The notes beneath the pieces are model-generated. The model saw only the letters and a program-made list of their open reading frames with translations, was not told where the DNA came from and made no database searches. DNA of 64,000 nt from Octopus sinensis (Eukaryota). A program made the position numbers and the translations under genes. The stretch covers positions 115,258,001 through 115,322,000 of the forward strand of contig NC_042999.1 in NCBI RefSeq assembly GCF_006345805.1, written 5' to 3'. This document shows positions 1 to 14,200 of the stretch, one piece after another. Position 1 is the stretch's first letter; the number at the start of each line of letters is the position of its first letter.

Positions 1-427
1 GCATTAACGAACATTTTATTTAGAGATTTAGGAGATTTAATTTTATATTTGAAATATTTCAGGGAAAGATTTCTTCCGTCCCCCACCATTTTCTCGCAAA
101 TGATTGTTTTTTAAATTTTTTTTTGTCAAAAAACCCACGTTTTCGGATACGGAGATTCCGGAAAATTGCCAAAAATCGTAATTTTGAAATTTTTTGCCCC
201 ACCCCCATTTCTTCATTTTTTTCCGTAAACTTGACCCTAAAACCCTAACCCTAAGTAGAAAAATTTTTGGAATTTTTTTCAGAATCATAATCTCTGTATT
301 TTTCCGCATATATTTGAAAAAAAAGAAAAATTCTGAAAAAATTTGATACCCATTTGTCCAAGGAAGAGTGAGATGTTTTATTCTCGGGGTTGTTTTCGAA
401 CAGTTGTTCCTCGATGTCCCACACCTC

Positions 428-460
428 ATGAATAAGGAAAATAGAATGGAAGTGGGGAAG
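428..460 (+). CDS. ESPL1: Candidate initiating exon of separase (MNKENRMEVGK)
   Basis: ATG at 428 with an upstream in-frame stop at 344, then 11 codons and an AAG|gtaaaa phase-0 donor compatible with the phase-0 acceptor at 1972. No homology support. Confidence 0.3.
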
Positions 461-529
461 GTAAAAATAAAAATAAAAACCGAAGCTTTTTGAAAAGAAT
501 ATCTAAAATATGCCCTTTTCCTTTCCCAT

Positions 530-1148
530 AAGGCACAGGGCTTTGAGAGATATTATTATTATTAGGTCGACTTTGCCTTTCATCCTTTCGGGGGTCTTTT
601 GAGTACCAATGAAACACTGGGGGTCGATGTAATCGATTAGTCCCCACCTCCAAATTTCAGTCCTGGTGACTTTAGTAGAAAAGCTTATTATTATTAAGGC
701 AGCGAGCTGGCAGAATTGTTAGCACACTGGACAAAATGCTTAAAGGTATTTTGCTCGTCACTACGTTCTGAGTTCAAACTCTGTCGAGGTTGAGTTTGCC
801 GTTCGTCTTTTCGAGGTCGATAAATTAAGTACCAGTAAAACACTGGGGTCACTGTGATCAACTAGTCTCCGCCCCACAAATTTCAGTCCTTGTGACTTTA
901 GTAGAAAGGATTATTATTATTATTAAGACAGCGAACTGGCAGAATCGTTAGCATGCTGGATGAAATGTTTAGCAGTATTTCACTTGTTGCTACATTCTGA
1001 GTTCAAATTCTGTCGAGGTTGACTTTGCCTTTTGTCCTTTCAGGGTCAATAAATTAAGTACCTGTGAAACACTGGGTTTGATGTAATCGACTAGTCTGTT
1101 CCCCCCAAATTTCAGGCCTTGTGTCTTTAATTGAAAGCATTATTATTA
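530..1148 (+). mobile_element. Head-to-tail cluster of tRNA-derived SINEs (two near-full copies at about 696-925 and 924-1148, plus truncated copies)
   Basis: Repeated unit GGCAGCGAGCTGGCAGAAT...GAGTTCAAA (B-box)...GCCTTTCATCCTTTCGGGGTCGATAAATTAAGTACC...(ATT)n tail. The same family recurs at about 14150, 15465, 17315, 17620, 54240-54460 (-) and 54960-55280. Confidence 0.8.
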
Positions 1149-1971
1149 AATTGGTTGAGAGCAAGGGACTGTACCCATGACCTTTGCAAGCCCTCCCAAG
1201 ACCAGTATGATTGACATGATTAATATTCCTTTTGGACAAGTTATGTTAGAGGTTGTTGGGACCAATTTCTGGGAAAGAAGGCATGAGTGTAGTAATTTGT
1301 GGGTCCTGGAGGTAGACTGTTTAAAATATGAGTGGTGGATCTACAAACTTCAAGTAGAAGAGAGTATTGTTGTAGTGATAAAAAGTTGGAGAGAGAGAGA
1401 GAGAGAGGATAGTATGTCTGTGAATCAGAAATTGGAATGTGTTGATGAGCGACTTCATCTCTTCAGTTAGGTAGTTAGTCTTCTTTGGATGTAGTTTAAG
1501 AAGTCTGTGTGTATAGCAACAGTACTGTCCCGGATGTGCTAGCAGTACTCTATTGTGGTTTCCCCCTGAACTTTAGAGACTTAGCTGGTGTGGGTAGAAA
1601 TATTTTCTAGTTCTGAAAAGTAAGGCTAGTATTTGGGTTAAGGTCTTTGCTACATTGTGTTTATGCATTCACCTGGAGAGATACTCAGAGTTGGAAAGGC
1701 CTTAACATTTGTAGCAGCCTGGAGGGTTCTTATTTTTTTAAATTCACGCAGTGAAAAGCTCTATCAGTGGTGCCAGTAGTTTAGCCAAGTCAGCAAAATC
1801 TTTTCCTTTTAGTGTCTAAAACTGTTGTATTTCAGTCACTGTGTATATATCAATAAAACAATCTTGTACTCCACCACCTTTTGAACATAAATACCATGCA
1901 ATTTGAACCCTCAGAATTTTAAATGTTAGCTTCTCCCCTGTGTCATATCAATGTTTACAATTGTTTTGTAG

Positions 1972-2217
1972 GACTACTTATTGCAGTCATCAGAGTCATC
2001 CAATGACACCACCTTGAAATACTACGGCCATTTTGTTGTCTCTGTTCTTCGTACATCAGTGACCAGCATCAAAGAAGATGGACCTCAGCCTACCTTGTTG
2101 TCTATTGTGGATCTCAGCTACAATTACTTCAAGAAGCTTCAGAAACATATCAAACTCACTGATCCTTGTTTCATCTCTAAAATATTCCATGTGGTTCTGG
2201 CATGTATTACAAAAGTG
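1972..2217 (+). CDS. ESPL1: Separase coding exon A (DYLLQSSE...ACITKV), phase 0/0
   Basis: ttgttttgtag acceptor, GTG|gtaagt donor, 82 open codons. Confidence 0.75.
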
Positions 2218-5200
2218 GTAAGTGGTTTTGTTATATACTTTATAATAGAGAAATAAAGTGTCTGTTTATATACATGTAAAGTGGAGAGGGATGAAGGTAG
2301 TATGTTCCATTGGATTTGCAATATCAGTGTGCATGATTGACAAAGCACAACTGTTGAGAGAAAAGTTAAGCATGAGAGGAATTAAATGTGGCATGCAAGA
2401 GAGGAGAATGTGTTGGTCTGGACATGTGATGCGTATGAATAAAGACAGCTGTATACAGAAGTGTCTGTCACTGAAAGTGGATGGTACCTGTGGAAAATAG
2501 AGACACAAGAAGACATGGGATGAAGTGGGGAGGACCAATCTTAAGATGTTAGGGCTTACAGAGGAAATGACAATGGACTGAGATGTTTGGTGATATGAGG
2601 TTCAAGAGAAGACCTGCCCATGTCAGTGACACAGTGCTAGATGTGTTGTGGCCCACCCACAGGTAACAATAAACTTTTCACACACCCCACTCCGAGAAAC
2701 TGAACTACATCTCCTCTAAACTGCATCTTTCTCTTCTTCACATTTCCGTTTCATAAACTATGATTGTCTCACTCCTCTTCCCTACCCTCACTGTCCTGCT
2801 CACTGTATCGCTGCTTTCCCTTGCTTTTCCCTCTGGCTGGGTAGCAATGTATCTCCTCTACAGCAGCACACCTATTTCTGCCCTTATTCTTGATCACTCT
2901 CTCTCTCTCTCTCTCTCATTCTCTTGCTTTTCCCTTTCACTAGGTAACCAAGTATCTCCTTTGCATCAGCACTACTGTTTCTGTCCTCTTTCTCTTCTCT
3001 CTCTCTTCCTCCCCTCTATCTCTCAATAACCATGTACCTCCTCTATAGCAAGACACCTGTTTCTGCCTCTCTATTTTTCTGTCACGCTCTAACCTTTCAT
3101 CATCTGACATCAGATCACCTCCTCCAATGCTCCCTCCATTATAGCAAGGAACCTATTTCTATCTTTGTCACACTCTAACCTTTCATCATCTGACACAAGA
3201 TCCCTTCCTCCAACGCCCCTGCTCCTCTCAAAATTCCTTGTTTTGTGAGTTACTTGGTGACCCTGCCAGTGTAAAAAGCAACCAGTCCACACTGTAAAGT
3301 TGTTGGCATTTGGAAGGGCATCCAACTGTAAAAATCATGCCAAAACTGACCTTGCCTGTACTAGCGCCACGTGAAAAGTACTGAGTCCATTCTGCAGAGT
3401 GGTTGGTGTTAGGAAGGGTATCCAGCCATAAAAACCCTGCCAAAACAGACACAGTAGCCTGGGGTAGTCTTCTACCTGACCGGCTCCTGTCAACTGTTCT
3501 ACTCATGCATGCATGGAAGACAGAGGTTAAATGATGATGATATATAAATACTGTGACTTGAGCTGGAATTGTGCCAGTGGCATGGGAAGTAATTCAAACT
3601 TGTAAAAATGTTCAGCAGGAAATATTGTTGCTTGATAATATGGAATGTTATGATGGTACTGTATGTATTCCTTGGTCTTGCTCTCAGCTGGAATCATGTT
3701 ATCACATTCATTATACCTGTGAGTGCTAACTTGAAAGATGAACTGATTGCCTGTGTTAAAAAGTAAATAATGAAATCATGTAATGGGGAGGCAGTTATTT
3801 GCCTTTTTATCTTATGTCTTATAAATTAACATTGCTCTCCTCATGACCTCTCAACCAGTTCAGGTTAAAAGAAGATTGGTTAGTTAACTCCTTGAAATAT
3901 TTGACTGTTTTCATTTCTTTTGTTTGCTTTAGATATTCTGTATATCTCTGTCCCCCACCCATTTCATTTGAATGATGTAAAAAGTTGAGAGACATGCTTG
4001 CATCACTTTGGTTTATTTGATTTTTACAGTTTGACAATATTCTGGTATTTAGAATATGTGACATGATAGGACAGGGAAGTGGGCGGAGGGCTATTGTAAA
4101 ACCACTCAAGAAATCTCATACGAAAGAGGCCAGCTAAACTTGCAAGGTGTGGGCTGAAGCAGTTATTGTTACAGTTTGTGAATATTCAATAGAGACTATT
4201 ATTGACAAGATCTACATTTGGAGCAACAAAAGGAAGTAAGCAGAAAATTATGGTGTAGATCAGATTGTAAGAAACCAAGTTTAGTTAGAGGTCCCAGGAA
4301 TGTATATGTACCTTCCAATATCATAACACTGTTATTAACAGTAAGTATGGGTGTAATAATTCTTTCTAATTTTGGCACAAGGCCAGTAATTTCAGGGGGA
4401 AGGGATTTGTTGATACTATCAACCCCAGTACTTGACTGATACTTTATTTTATTGATTCTGAAGAATAAAAAGCAAAGTTGACCATGGCAGTATTTGAACA
4501 CAGAACATAAAGAACCAGAACAAATGACCTTAAGCTTTTTGCCTGACACACCAATGATTCTGCTAGCTTCCTCCTTTAGGTATAAATACAATAATCAAAA
4601 CATAATAAGAAATGCAAACTCATTGGTAACGTTGTTTTTTCAAGAATAAACCTCCTGGGCATTTAATCCACCTCTTGAAAGGCAAATTCCTACTATTCTT
4701 CTCTGAGACACAATTCTCTCATATATTTCTAAACCATTTAAGATATCCTGGCTACTCTGAATTCCAACTTCTTTCTGTCATTCTCCTTACTACCATATTT
4801 CTTCATGTATATACACTTTTTTTTCCTAGATTTTTAGACTTAAATATTAGAGACAGGCCTCACTGGAGCTGGTGCCATGTGAAAAGCACTCAGTCCAATT
4901 TGTAAAGTAATTGGCATCAGGAAAGACATCCAGCCATATAAACCATGCCAAAACAGACAGTGCAGCTTGGTGCAGTCCTCTGTCATGCCATCCAACCCAT
5001 GCCAGCATGGAAAATGGACATTAAATGATAATGGTGCATAATTCATGAGAACAAATTGTTACCCATTTTTTTCTCAATGATGTCGCCATATTCAGGATTG
5101 AATGACTTGAAATTAGTTATCTATTGTCCATGCTAATTGATGTGCATTTAAGAGACATGGTCACTCTAATGATGTTACATTTTTCTGTAGTGGTGGTGAT

Positions 5201-8200
5201 ATATTAAATATTTGGTACAACTGATTGACATGAGGAATTAGTCATCAACCTTCAGAATAGAAAGCCAGAATGTAATATTTCCAATATCAAAAATACTACT
5301 TAAATAGTTTAGTAAGAAGATTAACTTAAATAATCAATATGGATAATACTTGGATATTATCTTTATTGAAATGTGAATAAACACTTTAAAAAAAACTTTA
5401 AAGATAAATATTTAAGTACTATAATTATTGTAATGAACTGTCATATACATTTTTTTAAAAAAAGAATGAAAATATTTGATAATGATGGAAGTTTAATAGA
5501 AATGTTTACATTTTGCATTGTCTTCCATACAAGTTGACTTTAAAGTAGATACATTTTTATAGCCTACCCCAGTAAAGTTCAAAGATTACATTTGAATTTG
5601 CTTATTGTTTTATAGATTTGGGAACTTCCTCAATGCAATTATCATAAATCTGCCAAAATAGTTCATATTCTATAGATCACTAGCAGTATCGCCCGGCGTT
5701 GCTCAGGTTTGTAAGGGAAATAACTATATAAGCATTTTTAGAGAGTTATAGCCAAAAAATAGCAAAAAAATGCATTAAAAATGGAAAAAAAATGGTAAAG
5801 TTTTAAAAAAATCGTTGACTCATCGTAGACATTTTTAGAGAGTTACTTCCCTTATATAATAGCGAAAAAATGCATTAAAATGGAAAAAAATGATGGTAAA
5901 TTATTTTTAAAATCGTAGACTTGTAGACGTGCGCTAATACCCAGAAGGGCTCGATATGAATCACGACTATAAGATGCAGTTGGTTAAACTGCACCGCAAA
6001 ATGTGGGAGTAGTTAGGAATCTAAATCATAGGAGACAGACACACAACTTCACTTTTATATATAAAGATTACGCTAAAAGCAAAACTGCATATAATATGCA
6101 GTTTTATCTTTGCATCATTGAAAACTTCAAGGAATTTTTTTGCAAATGATCAAATTTGCAGATTTTCTAAAAACAATTAAATGACAGGAAAAGTGAATGG
6201 ATGTTGGATTTATTGATTTATTATAAATCCATTGCAGTATTTATCTTCATGTTTTTGTTTCTATGTTTTAAAAGGTTTTTGATTTTTGTCTTTGGATTTT
6301 ATTTCTGGTTTTCTTATTTTGAAAATACTATTATGTTGTAAATGAACTAAACTGTTTTCTTTTTTCTGTTTTAGGTTGATTATGTTGACTACGTCTTAAA
6401 ATTCTCAGAATTATTCTACACTGAGTTGATTGAATTAAAATCTACCAATCAGGATGTGTCTACTTTAATTAAATCTCCCTATCTACTGAATTTTGCTGTT
6501 AAACTTGAAATGCAGAAGGAGTTTACAAATTTTCAATTAACACTCGGAATCCGACATATGGCATTGAAATTATTAACTTTGAATAATCAGAACATTTCTT
6601 TATTAGTTTCGGAGTTAGGTCGAACTTTTGAAAGATATCGTAAGCAAAACAATGGGAATAGTACTGACATGATAAATTGCGAATCTGCAGAAATTTGGGA
6701 CAATATTCTAAAGTGTGTTCATTCATCATTGCTCTCTGAACAAGAACCAAACAAGTTTTTAACTGATGTTCTAGAATTACACATACATCATGCACGTTTT
6801 ATCTATTTTTATGGTAAACACTACCAAAATTCTAAGGCTAATTTTAAGAAAATTCAATCATTTCTTCAACAAAACACAAAGAAAGGTGATAACTTATTAA
6901 AAGGTTTAACTTGTTTATGTGATGCCATCTTGTTATTACAACAACATGAGACAAAGGACTTTGATATCAACTTCTTATTTAACTGCATTGAAAATGTAAA
7001 CAGTAAACTTAAAGGTGTAACCACTGAGATCAATTTCAGTTCAAACTTAAGTAATTTAATTAATGATGCCTATGGAATATTTATTGATTGCTTCTCTCAG
7101 TGGGAGCCTTTTAAGACTGGTCAGCTTGAGAAAAATATGTTTCTCACAGTAGTAGAATTACTGGATATGAGTGTTTCTGTACTTCACAAAAAGCCTGATG
7201 AGGCTGAGAATAATAATGCAAACCGGACAGGAAAATATAATGTGTTCATACGTAATACATATGTTGTCTACATGGAGGTTTTGTATAGCCTCATAAAAAC
7301 AGGTAAGTTTATGTGACTATTGCTTTTCATAAAGAAATATTCTAAGTTCAAATCTTTGAAGTTAATGAAATATATATATCTCCCTTTCTGACAAATCTGT
7401 GGTTCTGTCCCATTACGAGAGATACTTATTTAGGTTATTATCATGTATTAAGATGTCATCTTTAAACCTTTAAAGCTAACTTTTCTGAAACAGCAAAATA
7501 AAGACTGGAGTCATAATTTTTTTCTTGTTTTGAAGATGACGCTGAAGAGTGGTTGTATGAAGCAGAAAGGGTTGCCAGAATATACTTTTCTGAAGTAACA
7601 CATTTGTATGATGTTACAAAAAAGATTCTAGAAAAGCATCTTATCTTTATAGGTGAGTATTTAGTTTTTCAGGAAATAATCTTAAATATTTATCATAAAA
7701 ACTAATGTTTCTCTTAAATATTTGTTGAAATGGAAATATCCATGTTTGTTGATAGCTAGTGGAAGCTGCTTATATATTCCAATAAATCATACACTTTGAG
7801 CCAAGTATAACAGTGGCAGATCTTGAATTATCTAATGCCTGCAAGAATGAATAGACATTTACACAATATATACCAACATGGACAGATGGGAATGCTATTT
7901 CAATCAGGTTCTATTGCTATTAACTACACAACAATAATTTAAAAAAAAATTTTGTTTGGAACATTTGCTTGCAAAGCAGCAGCAGTAGCGTCACTATTCC
8001 ACATATATGAAAACAATAGAAAATTGTAGATCACACTTCTGTTTTGTAGATGGTCTGCAACAGATCAGAGCTGAAGTATTTTCTGATTGTGAAGACAAAG
8101 CAGTGTTTAGATTGCAGTTCTAACAATAAACAGTGTTGTAAATGTATGGTGACCCTTAGTGATCATCAGAGCTTATGACTTTACATCTGTAGCAGGGTTG

Positions 8201-11200
8201 GGAGTTAGCTGTTTTGTTCATGTGTACAAAGTTCATGTGAAATACATGATTGTAGTGATTTGGTCTTGATATTGCTGAAGGTAACTTAGTTGTAATGCAT
8301 CTGCTGAAGGTTGTTAATGAAGTTATAATCATTGTCTTCATCATCTTCGTTTAATGTCTGTTTTCCATGAGTTGGATGGTTCGACAGGAGCTATCCAGAC
8401 TCCAATTGTTTGTTGTGGCATGGTTTCTACAGTTGGCGCCCTTCCTAATGCCAACCACTTTATAGAGTGTGCTGGGTGCTTTTTATGTGCCAGCAAGTGC
8501 ATTTATGCAGCATCAGTATGAGTGCATTTTATGTGGCAATGGCACCTGTAAAAGACAAGCCTGTATGTATGGATGACTTAGCTTGATGCTTTTTCTCAAG
8601 TACAGCAAATCGCCTCAACTCTCAAACCCTTGTCATTTCCTCAGTGAGGCCCAGTATCCAAAGATCCTTTCTCATTACTTCATCCCACATCTTTTTGGGT
8701 TTATCTTTTCCACAGGTTCCCTCAACAATTAGAGCTTGGCACATTTTTACACAGCTGTCCTCATCCATATGCATCCTCTGGAAATTTGGTGCAAGGTATC
8801 TAGGTTGTGTGGATGTCTGTGTGTATGTTTGGAAGGTTAAGAACTGAAGCACGGTATTGTTTAATTAAAAATGTGTGTGTGTGTAAGAGTAAAATTTTTT
8901 TTAATGTACAGAAGGAACAAAATGTAAGATATAACTGAGTTTTGTGGTACACTAAAATTGATAGCTTATGGGTTGGAGAGACTCATGTTGTGCCAGAGCA
9001 GTCTGACAAAAAACTTCTGATCCAAGAAATGAAATTTAAATGGAACCTATATAGATAAAACAATTTTGTTATTGCTGATTCTTTTCATCTAGGACAATGG
9101 TTGAGAAATTTTGGCCGTTTTTGTTACATTAATGGTTATAACAAGCCTGGAATAGGCTTCTATGAGCTATCAATTGACCTGCTGAGTATTCAGGAGACTT
9201 ATGGAGAGAATGTTGAGCAGGTAAGTCACTGAGTTGTAATCATTTTAACATACACTTTTTCCATGTTTGCATTGGTCAGATGGGATTTGTTGAGGTTGAT
9301 TTCCTTCCTGATGTCCTCTCTGTCACCAAGCTTCCACTTGTTTCCAAGCAAGGTAATATTTCCTGTGTGGTTAGGGAGCTTGCTTCCTAGCTACATGGTT
9401 TTGGGTTCAGTCCCACTGCGTGGCACTTTGGGTAGGTGTCTTCCACTATAGCCCTGAGCCGACCGGAGCTTTGTGATTGAATTCGGTAGGTGGAAGTTAC
9501 TGCCGTGTGTGTATGTGTGCGTATAGCTGCTCAGTGCCTCTCCGAAAGAGAGAGAGAGGTGATATTTGTATACACTAATGTAATGTCAAGACAAAGAAAC
9601 AAAGACACACATGTGCATGTGCACATGCACACACATCAGGTTCCTTTCAGTCTCTGTCTATCAGATTCTCTCACAAGGCTTCAGTTGGCCTTGTGCTATA
9701 TTAGAAGACACTTGTCCTAGTGTCACATTGTTGGGAAGCAAACTTCTTAATCACACAGCCATGCCTGCATCTATTTATTTCATTTACAACTATTTACTTA
9801 GTCATTTTCCTCAAATATTTGCAAAGAACCTGTCATTTAAGTTCACATCGCATAGCAGAAGGATGGAAATGTATTTTCATTGCTAGTATCATGGTAAAAT
9901 AATTTACTGATTTAAACCTGGCTTCATTAAAATTTGCTGAAAAGAAAATGCAGAGGCTTTTACTGTTCCCTCCCTGCTTTACTGTTTTTGCTTAGTTTGC
10001 AAAGCAGCAGATTTTAAATAAGATTATAGATCTTTAATTGATGTAGAAGCTAGTATTTATAACATTGTGTAATTCAACAGCTGCAATATTATTAAAAAAT
10101 ATCTGAGTGCAGGAATTAAGCTTAAAATTCATTAATCTGATCTTAGAATTTCAGGTAATCTTTGAATACCATAAATTTATTCTACTTAACTAAAGAAATA
10201 TCAATGTAATACATTTTTAATGTTTACACTTTTGTTAGGTATGTTGTTTAATTTTTATAAATTATTTTCCATGGGAAAATTTATATGCTTAATCATACCC
10301 CCAAGAATATATTACATGTAATCTTTACTTTTTTCAGAGCTATATAAAGACCCATGAATATCTTGCTGAATTCTACAAAAGATGTGGAAACTGGGAAAAA
10401 GCATTAAAAACTGTCATAAGTTGTTTATGTATCAACACAGATGCAGCGATGGTTGCAGCTTTGAAAATGTGGATACGCATAAAAAAAGAACATAATAAAG
10501 ACTCAGACCTAACTAATAAGTATGTAATTTTGGTTATTAGGTTCATTATCATTATTATTTTTATGTCCATTTTCCATGTTGGCATGGGTTGGATTGATCT
10601 TATGCACAGTGCCTCATCACTTGATGCAGTACGTTTCATGTCCTTCATTAGGTTCAGCATCCTGAAATCAGCTGTCACTACTTTTTCCATGTCTTCCTTG
10701 ATATTCTTCTGCAGGTTCCTTTCACTTAAATTACTTGGTACTTCTTTACCCAGCTGTCATCACATGTCCATAGCAGTGCAGTCTTCCTTGCATATTTCAT
10801 ATGATTGTGCCGGTGGTACATAAAAAAGCACTATCCGAATGTGATCGATGCCAAGCCCACCTGACTGGCTCCCATGCCGGTAGCACGTAAAAAGTACCCC
10901 CTGACTGGCTCCTGTGCCAGTGGCACGTAAAATGCACTATCTAAGTGTGATCAATGCCAGGCCCGCCTGACTGGTTCCTGTGCCATTGGCACATAAAAAT
11001 CACCCACTACACTCTCGGAGTGGTTGGCATTAGGAAGGCCATCCAGCTGTAGAAACATTGCCAGATCAGATTGGAGCCTGGTGCAGCTGTTGGTCTTTCA
11101 GACCTCTTTCAAACTGTCCAACCCATGCCAGCATGGAAAATGGACGTTAAATGGGGATGATGACCTCTTATGCTCAATTTTTATCTCAGCTTATGCTTTG

Positions 11201-14200
11201 TCATTCATGTATACTAACATTACACATTCAGTCGAGCATGCTTACTCCATTTTTTTCTAGCCTTTGCATGTCTTCTCCATTCAGTGCCCACATTTTGCTA
11301 TCATGCACCATTACACCATGTACATTTGTGTCATACAATCTATCCTCATCCAGAGAAAGTCCTTTTTACCATCAGAAGTAATAACTTTCTAAGTGTTTTC
11401 CATACTGTTCTTATCCTGCCTATTATACTTTTAGAGCACCCACCTTCACTACTTATTAAGTCATATTATTAAGAGGACCTTTCAGTTACTTCTATTGAGC
11501 CTACTGAGCATTTGAAAGAATTAATTTCACAAGTGCTCTTAATGTTTACTTATGTTCAACTGTCACATCAAAGTTTTCTTTGTCAGCCTGTCTATGATCC
11601 CACTAGACTCTTTGTTCACCTTCAGTTTACATTGTGTATAAAACTACAGCTGTCACCCATTAATTAGTCTGACATTGTTGAATGTACTATGCTTTTGCTA
11701 ATTGTCTTAGGTATTGATGTAGGTGTGAACAGACATCCTGTCATTCCACTCTGTCTTTGATCCAGCAGTACATTCAAAATATGGCAGCTAGTGGGAGAGC
11801 GGTGTACCAGCATTCAGTCTGTACTCATTTCAGATACTTTGCTCAAGGACACAACATACTGCTCAATCCAGGAGTTGAACCCATGACCTTATGGTTATAA
11901 GTCCACTCCCCTAATCACTAAGTCATGCCCTTTCACACATTGGCTACGCTGTATTGAATTCCTATCAACTCTTTTTCTGCATATCAAGCATAGTCACTTC
12001 CCATATAGCAGGAGAATCTAGTCTTTCTTGCTAAGTAAAGCATTTGTGTTTTGCTTGGGTTACATTGATGTCTCTTGGTTCTAGGCTTTACTTCCATGTT
12101 TAGCATTTCCTCCTTGCATTGTCACTTTATTTAAGGTGCATATGTGTAGGTTTCCATACTTACAACAGGAACTGAATGGTACAACTGGAAGTAGAGACAA
12201 CCATTGTAATAACACATGCAACCACAATATATTCTGAACTGTAATTAAACAGTTGAGTTGAATAAATTCTTGCATGGTGCCTTACTCTTATTTTCACAAT
12301 ATGATCATTCCTGGATGATTATATTGTGCACAAGTGGAGCATGACCAAATGTAAATGGATTTCTGAAGGTCATTAGGTGGATACACTTAACAGTTAACAA
12401 CTCAAAAACTGTGGATTTGATTAATGTCCTTGGATACTGTGTGGGGAAGTGTATCATTATGCCATACTATAAGAACTTCCACCTCTAGAAAATTTGTGAT
12501 CCTTAAGAAGGGCACTTAGAATGTTTGCATATTGTGCCAAGTGGATCAATGGGTTCTCTGATAAAATTCAACCGAGAAGCACTGAGATTATTGTTGTGTA
12601 CAGCAACAAATACTATACCCCATGGATGTAACTTTGCATTCCAATACTGCTCTTCCCATGAAAATTTACTGTCTTCCTGGTTAATTACTCCTTGACCAGT
12701 ACTCCTCAGAAGTTCATGAAGTGCAAATGTACTTTTTTTTAACTTATATGTTGGATCCTGTTTCAGTTCTCAGTATAGATGCTAATTTTAATTGAAGCTC
12801 TATTTCTTTTAGAACTTTGAAGACATACGTTGAAGAAAATGTTGGAGCATCAGACAAAGCTAAAATAAATTTGAATCAACTTCTAGAAAAAGAATGGCAG
12901 ATGTATCAATCTTCCAGGTTTGGAAAATTTTGTTGTTTATTAATATAAAATTATTCACTTTTTGTATTTTATATTTATCTATTCCATATTGGTACAGATA
13001 GATAGTTATGCAAATTTGAAATTCTCTGGTCACAACTTACTCATTGCTTACTTTGCTAGCAATTACTCATGTCTTAAATTTTTGTTTTTTCTCTGAAAAG
13101 AAATTTAAATATTCTTGAAACATTTTGGTCATATTCAATTTACAAAGTTTTCAAATGAAGTTGAAGATGCAAAATCTAGAAGAGCCCTTCATTTTAATGA
13201 TGGTTTAGTGGGAAATGTATTGGATATCTGTGTAAGTTCAAATTCACTGCAGGCATTTCATTGTGTTTTCTTAGCTGTTGGGGAATGATGCCAGATCATT
13301 TGGGAATGTTAATAGGCTTGTGTTCTAGTCAGTTAATATTTATCTCTTATATTTCAAGACAAGCAATCAGAGTTAAGCACTGACTCTTGACAGTCTCTCA
13401 GAGTTGAGGAGGTATTTACATAATCATGCTGATATGGGTTGGATAATTTGATGGAACCAGAAAGCTGCATAGCTCCAGTGTCATCATCAGCATGGTTTCT
13501 ATGGCTGGATGCCCTTCTTAATGCCAACCACTTCAAAGAGTGTACTTGGTGCTTTTTTCATACCACTAGCACCAGCGAGGTTGCCCTATAGCTTACAAGA
13601 TAAAAAAGAGCAGGGGAAAAAGCTCTTGCTACTAAGAAGTATCTGGGAAGGTGGAGGTGGGTGGCTTTATACTGAGTGCTGGAAGACTAAAGCATGATAG
13701 AAGGACAAGCACAGGTGTCTTGCGATAGAGGAGCTACATAGCTGAAGAAGATAAAAGGAAGGTAGTGATGGGGGTGCTAGAGCAAACAAGAAGGTGAGCA
13801 TCAGAGAGGACATGGCCACTGGGTCATGGGAGGGGATGGGAGTGGCTGCTTTCTTTTTCACACATTTATGAAAATTATTTATGATGGGCTAATTTTCTGC
13901 TTTAATTTTACTAAACATTACTTGTTAAAAGAAAAATAGTTGTTGTTTTGTGTAGCACCAGTCAATTCTGATGGAGCAGACTTATTGCATGTAGATAGTC
14001 TGCAGATATAAAGCCTTGCATATGCTATTCCTTCATCTAGTTGAGAACTGTACTGAATATCATTACATGCAATGGTTAATAGTATGTAAGATGTTTGTGT
14101 TAATGGTTTATATACTGTTTATATAACATTCAGAAAGTGGAGTGTTATGAATTGGCAGTAATAAAAGGGTCAGTTAAAATGCTTTGTGGTATTTGTTCTA

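Noticed and set aside
235-254. Three CCCTAA telomere-like units
   Set aside because: Too short and interstitial, in a homopolymer-rich stretch; no evidence of a chromosome end.
43-429. 128-aa minus-strand ORF
   Set aside because: K/F-rich product of A/T homopolymer runs, with no recognisable domain.
10808-11003. Regularly spaced TGCCGGTGGCACGTAAAAAGCAC repeats that look CRISPR-like
   Set aside because: The spacers are themselves repeated, the unit recurs inside dispersed retro-element tails, there are no cas genes and the context is eukaryotic.
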